Notes: a model not told the origin generated them from the letters alone. Shown: positions 31,120 to 40,083, counted from the first letter of the stretch. The stretch is DNA of 64,000 nt from Polyangiaceae bacterium (GCA_965222375.1 CBDCTZ010000016.1:2304001-2368000), one strand, 5' to 3'. Translations and numbers: made by a program.

Positions 31120-31768
31120 TCCGCCCCCCCCCGCCCCCCCCCCCGGAACAGCGCAACCGCCACCCGGGCAACCGCCACCGGGTCAACCGCCACCCGGGCA
31201 ACCCGGCTACGGTCAGCAGCCTGGTTACGGACAGCAACAACCTGGCTACGGTCAACAACCCGGCTACGGTCAGCCGCCCGGCTACGGCCAACAACAACCC
31301 GGCTATGGCCAGCAGCCCGGCTACGGACCACCCCCGGCACCCGTGGGCGTGCACGAGCACGATGGCTTTTTCTTGCGGCTTGGGTTGGGCTTCGCCTACG
31401 CAAGTGCGAGCGGAGAACGGACCTTGTCGAGCAGCAACATCACGACTGACGCCGAAATCAAGGGTGGCGGCGCGTTGTTCGAGTTTCTTGTGGGCGGCAC
31501 TCCCGCACCGGGCCTTGTCATTGGCGGTGGCCTGATCGGGATCGCTCTCTCGGATCCTGACATCGAGCTGGATAGGCAGAACGTCGACTACGACAACGCT
31601 ACAGCCTCGCTGGCTCTCATCGGCCCGTTCATCAACTTCTATATCGACCCGATGAGTGGCTTCTATCGGCGCCATTCGTGGGTTCGAAGTTCGGCAAAGG
31701 GTGGACGGCCCGCAAGTTGCTGCCCTCAACTTCTGGTCGAAGGAGCTTCCGAGAGCCCGCATGGCTGA
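31120..31768 (+). pseudogene. Remnant of a Pro/Gly/Gln-rich (QPGYG) outer-membrane-type protein
   Basis: QPGYGQ repeats in frame with HEHDGFFLRLGLG...; no start codon, poly-C runs upstream, homology appears to end near 31665. Confidence 0.45.
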
Positions 31769-32695
31769 CAAGCCCAAGTTCGCTCCTCAGGCGTGGATTG
31801 CTGCGAACACGGATCGTGAGACCTATCGAATCCTGCTGACAACGCTCGGTCTAGCGTACGCGTTTCCATGGCCGACCGAGTGCGAATCCGGACGACTGCG
31901 CGGTGAAGCAATGCAGACCGCCAAGTGATGCAGATGCGAACGGGCGCGCCTTCGTGAAAAAGTTCGAGAGTAGTGAAAGCGCGCGACCCAACGGCGCGAC
32001 CCAAAACAAAAACAAAACAAATTTGAACTTACGAAGTTGACAGGACACTAACTTCGGCGTATCCCTAAGCACACGTCATGAACATGCATTACAACTATCA
32101 AGCACTCGCCACGGGCATCTTGCCCGAGGGTCGAAGTGCATCTCCCGAGCAGCTAGCGCTGTTTGGAGATGATACGAGGTAGGCGGCAATCGTTGTTGCA
32201 CCCACAGAAGGTGCAAACGAGGCCGCCGGGAACTCCCAGCGGCCTTTTTCAATTTCAGGGCTTTTTTCCTGAAAAAATGACCCAAAACCAAGACAAGACC
32301 TAGAACCAATTCGACAAGAAAAAGATCCAATAAACCGGGTCGCCCGTACGTCAGAGATCGAAACGAACCATGAAACCATTTTCCGAAACACGAAGCCTTG
32401 CATTGCGACATCCAAGTTCGCAGAAGGCCGAGCCTTGCCCCGCGCGCCCTTATGGCGGGTGGTGCAACGACGTCGGTAGTCTGCGGATAGCGATCCGCGA
32501 CGCACAGGAGGAGATCACCTAGGGCGGCTCACGCGTAGAGCATTCGCTTCGCGATTGGCCGCTTCGGTGAAAACCAGAGGCGGCCTTTTTGCATTTTGGC
32601 ATTCCGCTGCGCGCAGCTGCGGAATCGAACAGGAGAGCTTTGTCCAATCAACGAACAATCGATCAACGAACAATCTCGAACCCCGACCCTCATCG

Positions 32696-32766
32696 GGGGC
32701 ATTAGCTCAACGGAAGAGCTACCGGCTTTTAACCGGTTGATCAGGGTTCGATCCCCTGGTGCCCCA
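32696..32766 (+). tRNA. tRNA-Lys(TTT)
   Basis: GGGGCAT/GTGCCCC acceptor, ACCGG-CTTTTAA-CCGGT, GTTCGATC. Confidence 0.9.
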
Positions 32767-32970
32767 CCGCGATCTTCGGATTGCAAGACAACCTGCTTGT
32801 TCGTCTTCGGGCGCGCAAGCAAGCCCATCCGGGCTCGGCGACTCGTTTCGCCTTGGTACTTTGACAACTCATGCGACGAGAAGCGCCGCGCGCGTGACAA
32901 GGCGCGCGCGGTGACTTCTCCGATCTGTCCAGAACAGATCACGGGTGACTCACCACGGTCACCCACGCTT

Positions 32971-33042
32971 GCCCGCGTACGCATCTGGTGAAGCGACCGG
33001 ATTGTCGATCCGGCGAGGGGAGTTCGATCCTCCTCGCGGGCG
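32971..33042 (+). tRNA. tRNA-Asp(GTC)
   Basis: GCCCGCG/CGCGGGC, CCGGA-TTGTCGA-TCCGG, G73. Confidence 0.85.
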
Positions 33043-33076
33043 CCGGGAACATGGTGTTCCCGTTAGAAAGGACAGT

Positions 33077-33859
33077 TTGTCCACCAAAAACCTGGCCCGC
33101 ACGGTGATTGAAGGCGGGCGGTACTACCACAATGCTTGGTTTAGGCGTTACAGCTCCCAAGTCGAACGGGTCCGAGTGCGTGAGCACCTGCGGGCGCTAT
33201 GCCGGGACCCCGACTCCTGGGGCAACCTCGCCCTGCCGCAGCGTGAACCTGTCCCCAAGTTCTTTCACGACAACTTGGCGCCAGCGTACCGCTTCCTTTC
33301 GTCTCGGGCGGGCATTCCCTGGAACGAGTCGTACTCTTTGCTGCGACGGCGTTTCGACGACCGCACGACCGCGGGGCGTCACATCCTCTTCGATCATCTG
33401 CTCGACAGTGTCGAGTACGCCGGTGAAGACCATCACCCAGATTGGGTAAGCCGCTGGGGGCGCTTCATCGTGAACGAAGAGGGCGTGCTGCAAAAGGTCA
33501 ACCGCCCCCGGCGGAAACGTCGGGGTGCGGCTCTCTCTCTGTCCTGCCGGAATGCAGGCATCGGTCTACGAAGCCGGTTGTCTTGGTTCGACTCCAAGCA
33601 GAGAGGCTACTCACGCGCCGCCACAATCTGGCTTGGCGCACTGCGGTCACGCATGACCGCGCTCAGACATTCTTCCCGTCTCCGGCCGACGAGGCCCTAC
33701 ACGCAACAACAGTGGTTCGAGTCCACCTTGGTTCATGGAGAACAATCGACTTCCAAATCGATCAAACGAAATGGCTTCTTCACTCGGACACGGGAATACC
33801 TTCTTGGGGTGAGGCGCTGGGACGCAGGTCCGGCCGTAAACCGGGCGCCTCGCGGCTAG
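33077..33859 (+). CDS. Hypothetical protein (MSTKNLARTVIEGGR...); 3' third overlaps RNA genes
   Basis: AGAAAGGA RBS, TTG start; protein-like until about 33520. Confidence 0.55.
   Translation: MSTKNLARTVIEGGRYYHNAWFRRYSSQVERVRVREHLRALCRDPDSWGNLALPQREPVPKFFHDNLAPAYRFLSSRAGIPWNESYSLLRRRFDDRTTAGRHILFDHLLDSVEYAGEDHHPDWVSRWGRFIVNEEGVLQKVNRPRRKRRGAALSLSCRNAGIGLRSRLSWFDSKQRGYSRAATIWLGALRSRMTALRHSSRLRPTRPYTQQQWFESTLVHGEQSTSKSIKRNGFFTRTREYLLGVRRWDAGPAVNRAPRG
33535..33606 (+). tRNA. tRNA-Arg(ACG), atypical
   Basis: CTCTCTG/CAGAGAG, CTGC/GCAG D-stem, TCGGT-CTACGAA-GCCGG, CTTGG-TTCGACT-CCAAG. Confidence 0.75.
33673..33796 (+). ncRNA. Y-RNA-like permuted tRNA mimic 1
   Basis: Terminal stem TTCCCGTcTCCG/CGGAcACGGGAA; inside T-arm, D-like arm, anticodon-like arm; paralog of 34547-34694. 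Confidence 0.7.
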
Positions 33860-33887
33860 GCAGGTTCGATTCCTGATCACCCCACCA
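33806..33887 (+). tRNA. tRNA-Tyr(GTA), atypical D-arm
   Basis: GGGGTGA/TCACCCC-ACCA, TCCGG-CCGTAAA-CCGGG, long variable arm. Confidence 0.75.
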
Positions 33888-33963
33888 CCACACGCTCGCG
33901 GCATGGTGCCGCGGCGCTTTTTAGGAGCTGAGAAATGAAACAACCACGAAGGTAGGTGTCCCC

Positions 33964-34494
33964 ATGACTGCGCGAGTACTCGTTCTGACTCCCTGGTATG
34001 CGCCCCAGTGCATCGTTTCCTGGCAGGACGCGATCACGCTGCTCTACCTCGGCAAGGCGGACGCGGTAGTGGATTACGACGAAGAGGTTCGCTCGCCGTC
34101 GGTCACGATGCCGCTGCCGGCCGTGATTCGCCTTCAGAAGAAGGTGAAGGTTCGTAGCCGGGTCGTGAAGTTCTCGCGCATCAACGTCTATCTGCGTGAT
34201 GGTTTCACCTGTGCTTACTGCCAGCGCAAGCTGCCGGTAAGCCAGCTCACCTACGACCACGTGGTCCCGCGCTGCCGCGGTGGCCTGACGGTGTGGGAGA
34301 ACATCGTCACCGCCTGCTACGCGTGTAACGCGAGGAAGGCGGACAAGACCCTCAAAGAAGCGGGCATGCGGCCGCGTACGCCGCCCCGCCGTCCGACCAG
34401 TCTGCCGCTGCCGCCGCTGTTCTTCGACCCGAAGCGCGCGCCGCGCGAGTGGCACGACTTCTGCGCATCGCTGCCGCGCACGAGCGCAGCCTGA
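33964..34494 (+). CDS. HNH endonuclease (McrA/HNH_5-like)
   Basis: RDGFTCAYC...TYDHVVPRCRGG..WENIVTACYACNARK. Confidence 0.92.
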   Translation: MTARVLVLTPWYAPQCIVSWQDAITLLYLGKADAVVDYDEEVRSPSVTMPLPAVIRLQKKVKVRSRVVKFSRINVYLRDGFTCAYCQRKLPVSQLTYDHVVPRCRGGLTVWENIVTACYACNARKADKTLKEAGMRPRTPPRRPTSLPLPPLFFDPKRAPREWHDFCASLPRTSAA

Positions 34495-34546
34495 GAACCC
34501 GCGGCTCACGACCCAGGTGGGCCGCGGGTGCCTCGCTAATACGATT

Positions 34547-34694
34547 TTCCCGTGCCCGGCCGAAAAGGCCCTACACGCAAAACAATGGCGGTTCGAATTC
34601 CGTTCAAATCAGCATTTTGATTTGTAGCCAAATGGTAAGGCATCAGTCTATGAAACTGACGAAAGTTAATGGCTTCCTCACTCGGGCACGGGAA
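34547..34694 (+). ncRNA. Y-RNA-like permuted tRNA mimic 2
   Basis: 12-bp terminal stem TTCCCGTGCCCG/CGGGCACGGGAA; GCCGAA motif; T-arm, closed acceptor hairpin, D-arm, anticodon arm in that order. Confidence 0.8.
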
Positions 34695-34753
34695 GCAACC
34701 TTTCGTAGTCCCCCACACCCGCCGATCTTCAGCAACCACCTTTCCAGCGGAAG

Positions 34754-34778
34754 GCGAGTGGGGCCGGGGCCCCACGAG
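34754..34778 (+). repeat. GC-rich REP-like element (inverted copy at 39261-39285)
   Basis: GCGAGTGGGGCCGGGGCCCCACGAG; reverse complement matches 39261-39285 at 24/25. Confidence 0.7.
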
Positions 34779-35049
34779 GAGGGGGCCCGGCGTTGAGCAC
34801 CAAGTCCGTCTAGGGTGCTTGGGCTCTGAGTCTATCGCGTGCCGCGGAAACGGAAGCTTCCCCCGCGAGATTGGTTCCACCTCCGCTGAAAAGCGCCCCG
34901 CAACGACACAGCACGACCCGCGACGCCACAATGGGTTCGGCGCACCGAGCCCAAACATGACCGCGCATCAATAATCCCGCGTGTCCCAACTCGCCGACGC
35001 GCGGCCCTTGCCTCCCGCACTTTGTTCACCTCTAAACTGGAGTAGTCCC

Positions 35050-36819
35050 ATGACGAACACGCACCCGCTACCCGAATCTCAGATGGGTCCGGCGGAGAAG
35101 CTCCTCGACTTGGTGCTCTCCTCGTCCGCCCACCTGTGGCACAACCGTCCCGGCGTCGACGTCGGTGGCGTGTGGCATCCGCGACGTGGCGCGCGCAAGA
35201 ACCGCGAGCTGTTCGGTGGCACTCAGGTCCGCCCGGGCCTGTTCGTTCCGGCGGCAACGACTCTGTATTCGAAGCTGCTGGAAATCTACGAGCTCAACGT
35301 CGAGCTCTCGGCGCATTTCGCCAGCTATGCCCTGAAGGAAACCGATTGGCGCGACGTGAAGGTCGCTGCCGCAGCGTTGATGCTGGTGCAGCAGCGTTCG
35401 GGCCAGCCGGTGCATGATGATGATGGCAGCGTTGGCTTCTACGACGACGACTTTCGTCGCATTGGCGAAGCCATGCTGCTGTTCTACGAGAAGAAGTCGC
35501 AGCGCATGATGACGCCCAAGGGCGTGCTGCGAGTGGCTGAACTCCTGGAGACTCCGGAAATCGCCGAACTCAATCGCTTGGCGGGCTTCGGGGATCCCGC
35601 GGCCAAGAAGCCGCCGCTGGGTCGCTGGAAGAGCGCGGCGCAGAAGTGGCTCCGCGTGCGCGAGGCAAACCAGCCGATGCTGGAAGGGCTCGTCAGCGCC
35701 GGCTACAAGGAAACCATCAAGAAGATCGCTCGCAAGGCTGGCTACAAGCCCAGCAACCAGGTGTTCTTCGAGATCTTGGGCTGGAAGCAGAAGCAGGCTG
35801 AGGCAGGTCACCGCAGTGTGGGACTCGAGGGCCTCAACCTGCAGAAGCGCGAGCGCTTCGATGGTCTGAGTGAGGTCGAAATCTGCGAAGCCATCGACAC
35901 TCAGCGTCTCAAGTTCAAGGACGTCGTGGGTCGACTGCCCAAGGACATGGGTCTGACGCCGGCGATCATGGTTGCAGTGCTTCCGACCCTGTCGGATCGG
36001 GATCTGCGCATCATGACGCCCACCTTGGAGGAGCTGGGGCTGCTCGCAGCTCCGGAAGTGCGGGACCGTTGGGAGCAAGCCATTGCGGCTTCGACGGACC
36101 AGCGCGCTCTGAACATCGCCAAGAACGTTCGCGATCAGGGTGTGCGTGACAAGCTGGAAGAGGCGGCTGACGTCGCTGCCAAGAAGGCAGTGGAGGAAGC
36201 CACTCGCGAAGTGGACGTGCACGTCATGTTCCTCATCGACAAGTCCGGCAGCATGCAGGGCGCCATCGAGCAGTCCAAAGAGGCGCTGTCGCGCGTCTTG
36301 GCGGGCTTTCCCGCGGACAAGGTGCACATCGCCAGCTTCGACACCATGGGAACTGTGCTGCGCCCGAAGGCCGCGAGCCGAACGGCGGTGCAGCACATGC
36401 TCTCGAGCGTCGTGGCGGAAGGCGGTACGCTTCACTCGTCCGGGGTTCACGCCCTGCGCCGAGCTGGCGTGCGCATTCCTCCGGATGCCAAGCTGGTGGT
36501 CATCGTCGTCGGTGACGAAGCCGGCGAAAGCGGTCGGAGTTTCGCCCAGGGCTTCGAGCGCGCGGGTTACGATCCGAGCGCAATCGCCCTGATGGTCAAC
36601 GTGTCGGTGATGCGAGGCAACACCGTGCGGGAAGCCGCAAAGGAGATGGAGATCCCCTTCAGTGAGGTCTCCATCGAGCAGTTCGACGACCCGTATCAGG
36701 TTCCGCGAGTACTGCAGGCCCTGATGGAAGCACCGCTCTCCGCGCCGAAGAAGCAGTTCGGTTTGGTGGAGCGTGTCATGTCGACGCCGCTCTTGGAGCT
36801 GCCCGATGGACTATCGTAA
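35050..36819 (+). CDS. vWA-domain protein with long basic helical N-terminus (candidate divergent Ro60/TROVE)
   Basis: MIDAS VMFLIDKSGSM, GGT, VVVGDE; about 390-aa N-terminal region; GGAG RBS. Confidence 0.75.
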   Translation: MTNTHPLPESQMGPAEKLLDLVLSSSAHLWHNRPGVDVGGVWHPRRGARKNRELFGGTQVRPGLFVPAATTLYSKLLEIYELNVELSAHFASYALKETDWRDVKVAAAALMLVQQRSGQPVHDDDGSVGFYDDDFRRIGEAMLLFYEKKSQRMMTPKGVLRVAELLETPEIAELNRLAGFGDPAAKKPPLGRWKSAAQKWLRVREANQPMLEGLVSAGYKETIKKIARKAGYKPSNQVFFEILGWKQKQAEAGHRSVGLEGLNLQKRERFDGLSEVEICEAIDTQRLKFKDVVGRLPKDMGLTPAIMVAVLPTLSDRDLRIMTPTLEELGLLAAPEVRDRWEQAIAASTDQRALNIAKNVRDQGVRDKLEEAADVAAKKAVEEATREVDVHVMFLIDKSGSMQGAIEQSKEALSRVLAGFPADKVHIASFDTMGTVLRPKAASRTAVQHMLSSVVAEGGTLHSSGVHALRRAGVRIPPDAKLVVIVVGDEAGESGRSFAQGFERAGYDPSAIALMVNVSVMRGNTVREAAKEMEIPFSEVSIEQFDDPYQVPRVLQALMEAPLSAPKKQFGLVERVMSTPLLELPDGLS

Positions 36820-37762
36820 GTTCCTGCAGAAGGAGTCTTCGTGTGTGCTGCCCTATTTCGGTGGCACGCGCGTAGACGACGCCTCCAGGCGCTTGCGAGT
36901 CAGTGTCGAGCAGCCCTCGGGTTGGTACCGCTTTGCCGTCAAAGGCAGAGTTGCCACCCCGGTGGAGCGGGCGGATCCCCCGGATCTGTCTCGGCTCGAC
37001 GCAACCAAGGGTCACTACGCCTACGGTTGGGTCTTTTCTGGAGGGCGCCAGCTCGGCCGAGTCGAGCTGGTGCCCGACGAAGAGCCGCCGCTGCTCTCGC
37101 CGATTACGACGCGCCGCTGGCACTCCGGCGACTTGGTTTTCGACAGCCTCGAATTCGAAACCGAAGCCGAGGATGCCGTGCGCCAAGCGCTGGAAGAAGA
37201 GCGGGGCATCGACGAGATCAAGGGCGTGGCTGCCTCGCTGCGCGCCGCCTTCGCATTTGCGCTGGCTGCGAAAGTCGGGCGGGGCCTCGAAATCCGCGTG
37301 TCGCCTCGGGAGATGTCCGGAGCGGTGCTGGAGCTCGCGCGTGGTGGCCGGGAGGTTGCCGTGAGATTGCTTCGAGATCTCGAAGAGCGCCGTCGTCTGG
37401 AACGCGTTCGCTTGGACGCCTGGGCGGCGGCGGAAGGGCGCGGTCCGTCGCCGCGCACTGGCTGGCGGCGTCCGACGGCTGCCGCGGACACCAGCTCGCC
37501 CGTGGACCGAGCAGCGCGTGCCCTCGACGCGGCGGGCGCCGACCTGGTTGGCTCCCGCTCCATGGGCAATGGGCTGCTCGAAGTGACCTATCGCTTCATG
37601 GGCGAACGCTTCATCAGCGTGGTCAATGAGCAATCCCTCCAGGTCGTTGACGCTGGGATCTGCCTCAGCGGTTCCGATCGGGAGGTGACCCTCGAGAGCT
37701 TGCCCTCAGTCATCCGCGAAGGCGTCGATACCGATCAACTGCACATCACGAGGCATGGATGA
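36806..37762 (+). CDS. Hypothetical protein with C-terminal DAGICLSG motif (candidate E2-like Cys carrier)
   Basis: Overlaps both the vWA and JAB genes; function inferred from context only. Confidence 0.6.
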   Translation: MDYRKFLQKESSCVLPYFGGTRVDDASRRLRVSVEQPSGWYRFAVKGRVATPVERADPPDLSRLDATKGHYAYGWVFSGGRQLGRVELVPDEEPPLLSPITTRRWHSGDLVFDSLEFETEAEDAVRQALEEERGIDEIKGVAASLRAAFAFALAAKVGRGLEIRVSPREMSGAVLELARGGREVAVRLLRDLEERRRLERVRLDAWAAAEGRGPSPRTGWRRPTAAADTSSPVDRAARALDAAGADLVGSRSMGNGLLEVTYRFMGERFISVVNEQSLQVVDAGICLSGSDREVTLESLPSVIREGVDTDQLHITRHG

Positions 37763-38193
37763 AACGCGAAGTCTTTTTCTTGATCGGAAAAGGCGGAGCG
37801 GTGCTCTTCTCCGATGCCTCCGAAAGCCCGAGTCAACTACCGGATTCGCGCAAGCGCTGGCAGATGATTTGGGATCATCGCGACGATCTCGAAGAGCTCA
37901 GTCACAGTCACCCTAATGGTCCCTTGGCCTTCTCCAAAGAAGACGAGACGACCATGCAGGCTCTGGAGACTGCGCTCGGAAAGGAGCTGCGCTTCTCCGT
38001 GGTCGCGCCCGCTGGCGTGATTGCAAAACAAGGGGGCGAGGTCACCCCAGTCGACCCCGAACCCTGGTGGGCCAATCTGATGCGCCTGGCCTCAGGCATG
38101 TCAGCTAATCCCGCACCCAAGGACAAACACCCAAGCTCGGACGCGAAATCAGATAATCCCGATGCACCCCCGGAAAGCTCGAGTCGGATGTGA
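37759..38193 (+). CDS. JAB/MPN (JAMM) metallopeptidase
   Basis: N-terminal E plus HSHPNGPLAFSKED = HxHx7Sx2D. Confidence 0.85.
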   Translation: MKREVFFLIGKGGAVLFSDASESPSQLPDSRKRWQMIWDHRDDLEELSHSHPNGPLAFSKEDETTMQALETALGKELRFSVVAPAGVIAKQGGEVTPVDPEPWWANLMRLASGMSANPAPKDKHPSSDAKSDNPDAPPESSSRM

Positions 38194-38319
38194 CGGTCTT
38201 GCGAGAACCGGACCGGAGCGTACTTTCGTACGTGAGGACCGGAAGCGCAGTGAAACCAAGCAGACGGCCGAGATCTCCGGGGGTCGCTTCAGGATGGATG
38301 GACCAGAAAGGAGGTTCTC

Positions 38320-38595
38320 ATGGCGATTTTGAACATCACTTACAACGGCTACAGCGCGGACTACCCGCGTGAGCTCGACGAGTACGTTTCGGACGCGGAC
38401 GTGCGTCGTATCGCGATCGAAGTCATCCGTACTGGCGGCCTGCGTGGTTTGCACATCGCGAACCTGCCGGACAACGCGTTCGACTACTACATGGTCGACC
38501 GCTTCAGTGGTCCGGGTAAGCGTCGTATCTACCTGCGTCCGAAGGTTCCCTTCGGTGCAGCCCGCTACGGCCTAGACCGTTGCGTGGAAGGCTGA
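38320..38595 (+). CDS. Candidate ubiquitin-like small protein
   Basis: 91 aa, strong AGGAGG RBS, beta-beta-alpha-like start, ...RPKVPFG plus a 12-aa tail ending in G; lies between JAB and E1. Confidence 0.65.
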   Translation: MAILNITYNGYSADYPRELDEYVSDADVRRIAIEVIRTGGLRGLHIANLPDNAFDYYMVDRFSGPGKRRIYLRPKVPFGAARYGLDRCVEG

Positions 38596-38602
38596 GGGCC
38601 CC

Positions 38603-39175
38603 ATGCGCATCGTATTCTGCGGTGTGGGGGCCCTCGGTTCTCTAGCGGCGGTCAGTTGCCGCAACCTGGACGCCACGCTCTGCTTCGTGGACTTCGACCG
38701 CGTCGAATCCAAGAACCTGCTCTCGCAGGCCTTCGTGAAGCAGTCCGTGGGGAAGAACAAGGCTGATGCCCTCAAGCTTCAGCTCTTGAACTTCCACGGC
38801 ATCAAGAGTGAAGCCTTCGGCGTGCGCGTATCCGACGACAACGTCGCGACGTTGCTCGCCAAGGCCGATCTCACCGTCGACGCCTTCGATAACCAAAAGA
38901 GCCGCTTGCTGCTCAGCCAACACGCTCGTGAAAACGACAAACCCCTGGTCCACGCCGCCATCTCGGCGGATGGCACGTTCGGGCTAGTGCGCTGGGACGA
39001 GCACTTCGTGGCGGATGAAGAAGACGAAGAGGGTCAAGCCACCTGCGAGGGTGGCGAGCACCTGCCCTTGATCGCGTTGGTGAGCGCAACTCTCGCACGC
39101 GCGGTCCAGGACTTCGTCAAAAACGGCGACAAGCGCGGCTGCATGGTCAGTCTGAATGGCGTAACCGAAGCCTGA
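38603..39175 (+). CDS. ThiF/E1-like adenylyltransferase
   Basis: CGVGALG, DFDRVESKNLLSQ, GKNKA, DAFDN, Cys in ATCEG; no Zn CxxC pairs. Confidence 0.88.
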   Translation: MRIVFCGVGALGSLAAVSCRNLDATLCFVDFDRVESKNLLSQAFVKQSVGKNKADALKLQLLNFHGIKSEAFGVRVSDDNVATLLAKADLTVDAFDNQKSRLLLSQHARENDKPLVHAAISADGTFGLVRWDEHFVADEEDEEGQATCEGGEHLPLIALVSATLARAVQDFVKNGDKRGCMVSLNGVTEA

Positions 39176-39183
39176 GACGGCTT

Positions 39184-39285
39184 TCGTGTTGGCTCGTGGG
39201 GCCCCGGCCCCCATCTGTCGTGTTGGCTCGCGGGGCCCCGGCCCCCATCTGTCGTGTTGGCTCGCGGGGCCCCGGCCCCACTCGC
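39184..39285 (+). repeat. About 3 tandem copies of a 34-bp REP-like unit
   Basis: TCGTGTTGGCTCGYGGGGCCCCGGCCCCCATCTG. Confidence 0.85.
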
Positions 39286-39330
39286 TTCGGGACAGCGCGT
39301 GGATTTGCACGGGCGTGTCCCATCTATCTC

Positions 39331-39405
39331 CTGGGCGTAGCTTAGCCTGGCAAAAGCGCCGGTTTCGGGAACCGGAGACCGCAGGTTCGAATCCTGCTGC
39401 CCAGA
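39331..39405 (+). tRNA. tRNA-Pro(CGG)
   Basis: CTGGGCG/TGCCCAG, CCGGT-TTCGGGA-ACCGG, GCAGG-TTCGAAT-CCTGC. Confidence 0.92.
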
Positions 39406-40006
39406 CCTGGATCACAGTTGACCCAACTGTTTCCCATGAGTGTCGGACCTGTGATCAGGATTCAGGCCTCAAGGGCCGAAGCGGTTCGGTTCTAGATCGT
39501 GATCGTCGGAGTGGGCCACGGTATTCGCCGCCGGCTCGAATCCTGCTGCCCAGACCTGGATCACAGTTGACCCAACTGTTTCCCATGAGTGTCGGACCTG
39601 TGATCAGGATTCAGGCCTCAAGGGCCGAAGCGGTTCGGTTCTAGATCGTGATCGTCGGAGTGGGCCACGGTATTCGCCGCCGGCTCGAATCCTGCTGCCC
39701 AGACCTGGATCACAGTTGACCCAACTGTTTCCCATGAGTGTCGGACCTGTGATCAGGATTCAGGCTTCAAGGGCCGAAGCGGTTCGGTTCTAGATCGTGA
39801 TCGTCGGAGTGGGCCACGGTATTCGCCGCCGGCTCGAATCCTGCTGCCCAGACCTGGATCACAGTTGACCCAACTGTTTCCCATGAGTGTCGGACCTGTG
39901 ATCAGGATTCAGGCCTCAAGGGCTGAAGCGGTTCGGTTCTAGATCGTGATCGTCGGAGTGGGCCACGGTATTCGCCGCCGGCTCGAATCCTGCTGCCCAG
40001 ACCTGG
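39387..40006 (+). repeat. 4 x 149-bp tandem repeat containing five copies of the tRNA-Pro 3' end
   Basis: ATCCTGCTGCCCAGACCTGG at 39391, 39540, 39689, 39838, 39987. Confidence 0.95.
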
Positions 40007-40083
40007 GGGCCCCGGCCCCACTCGCAGTTGGTGCATGCGCGCCGACGCGTGTTCACGTTGTGCCGACGCGTGTGCGCTGAACT

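Noticed and set aside
32596..32612. Sigma54 promoter TTGGCATTCCGCTGC upstream of the tRNA locus
   Set aside because: GG-GC spacing is 9 (or 11) nt, not the required 10
32857..32872. boxA-like antiterminator TACTTTGACAACTCA
   Set aside because: It overlaps a repeated palindromic element found in the opposite orientation at 44194-44223, so it cannot be distinguished from a repeat end
38210..38290. Riboswitch between JAB and Ubl
   Set aside because: The CGTAC-TTTC-GTACG hairpin and CCAAGCAGAYGGC segment (also at about 40751) look like a REP/MITE remnant, and no known aptamer was recognised
39387..40006. CRISPR array
   Set aside because: The spacers are near-identical 125-bp units, the repeat is a tRNA 3' end, and there are no cas genes
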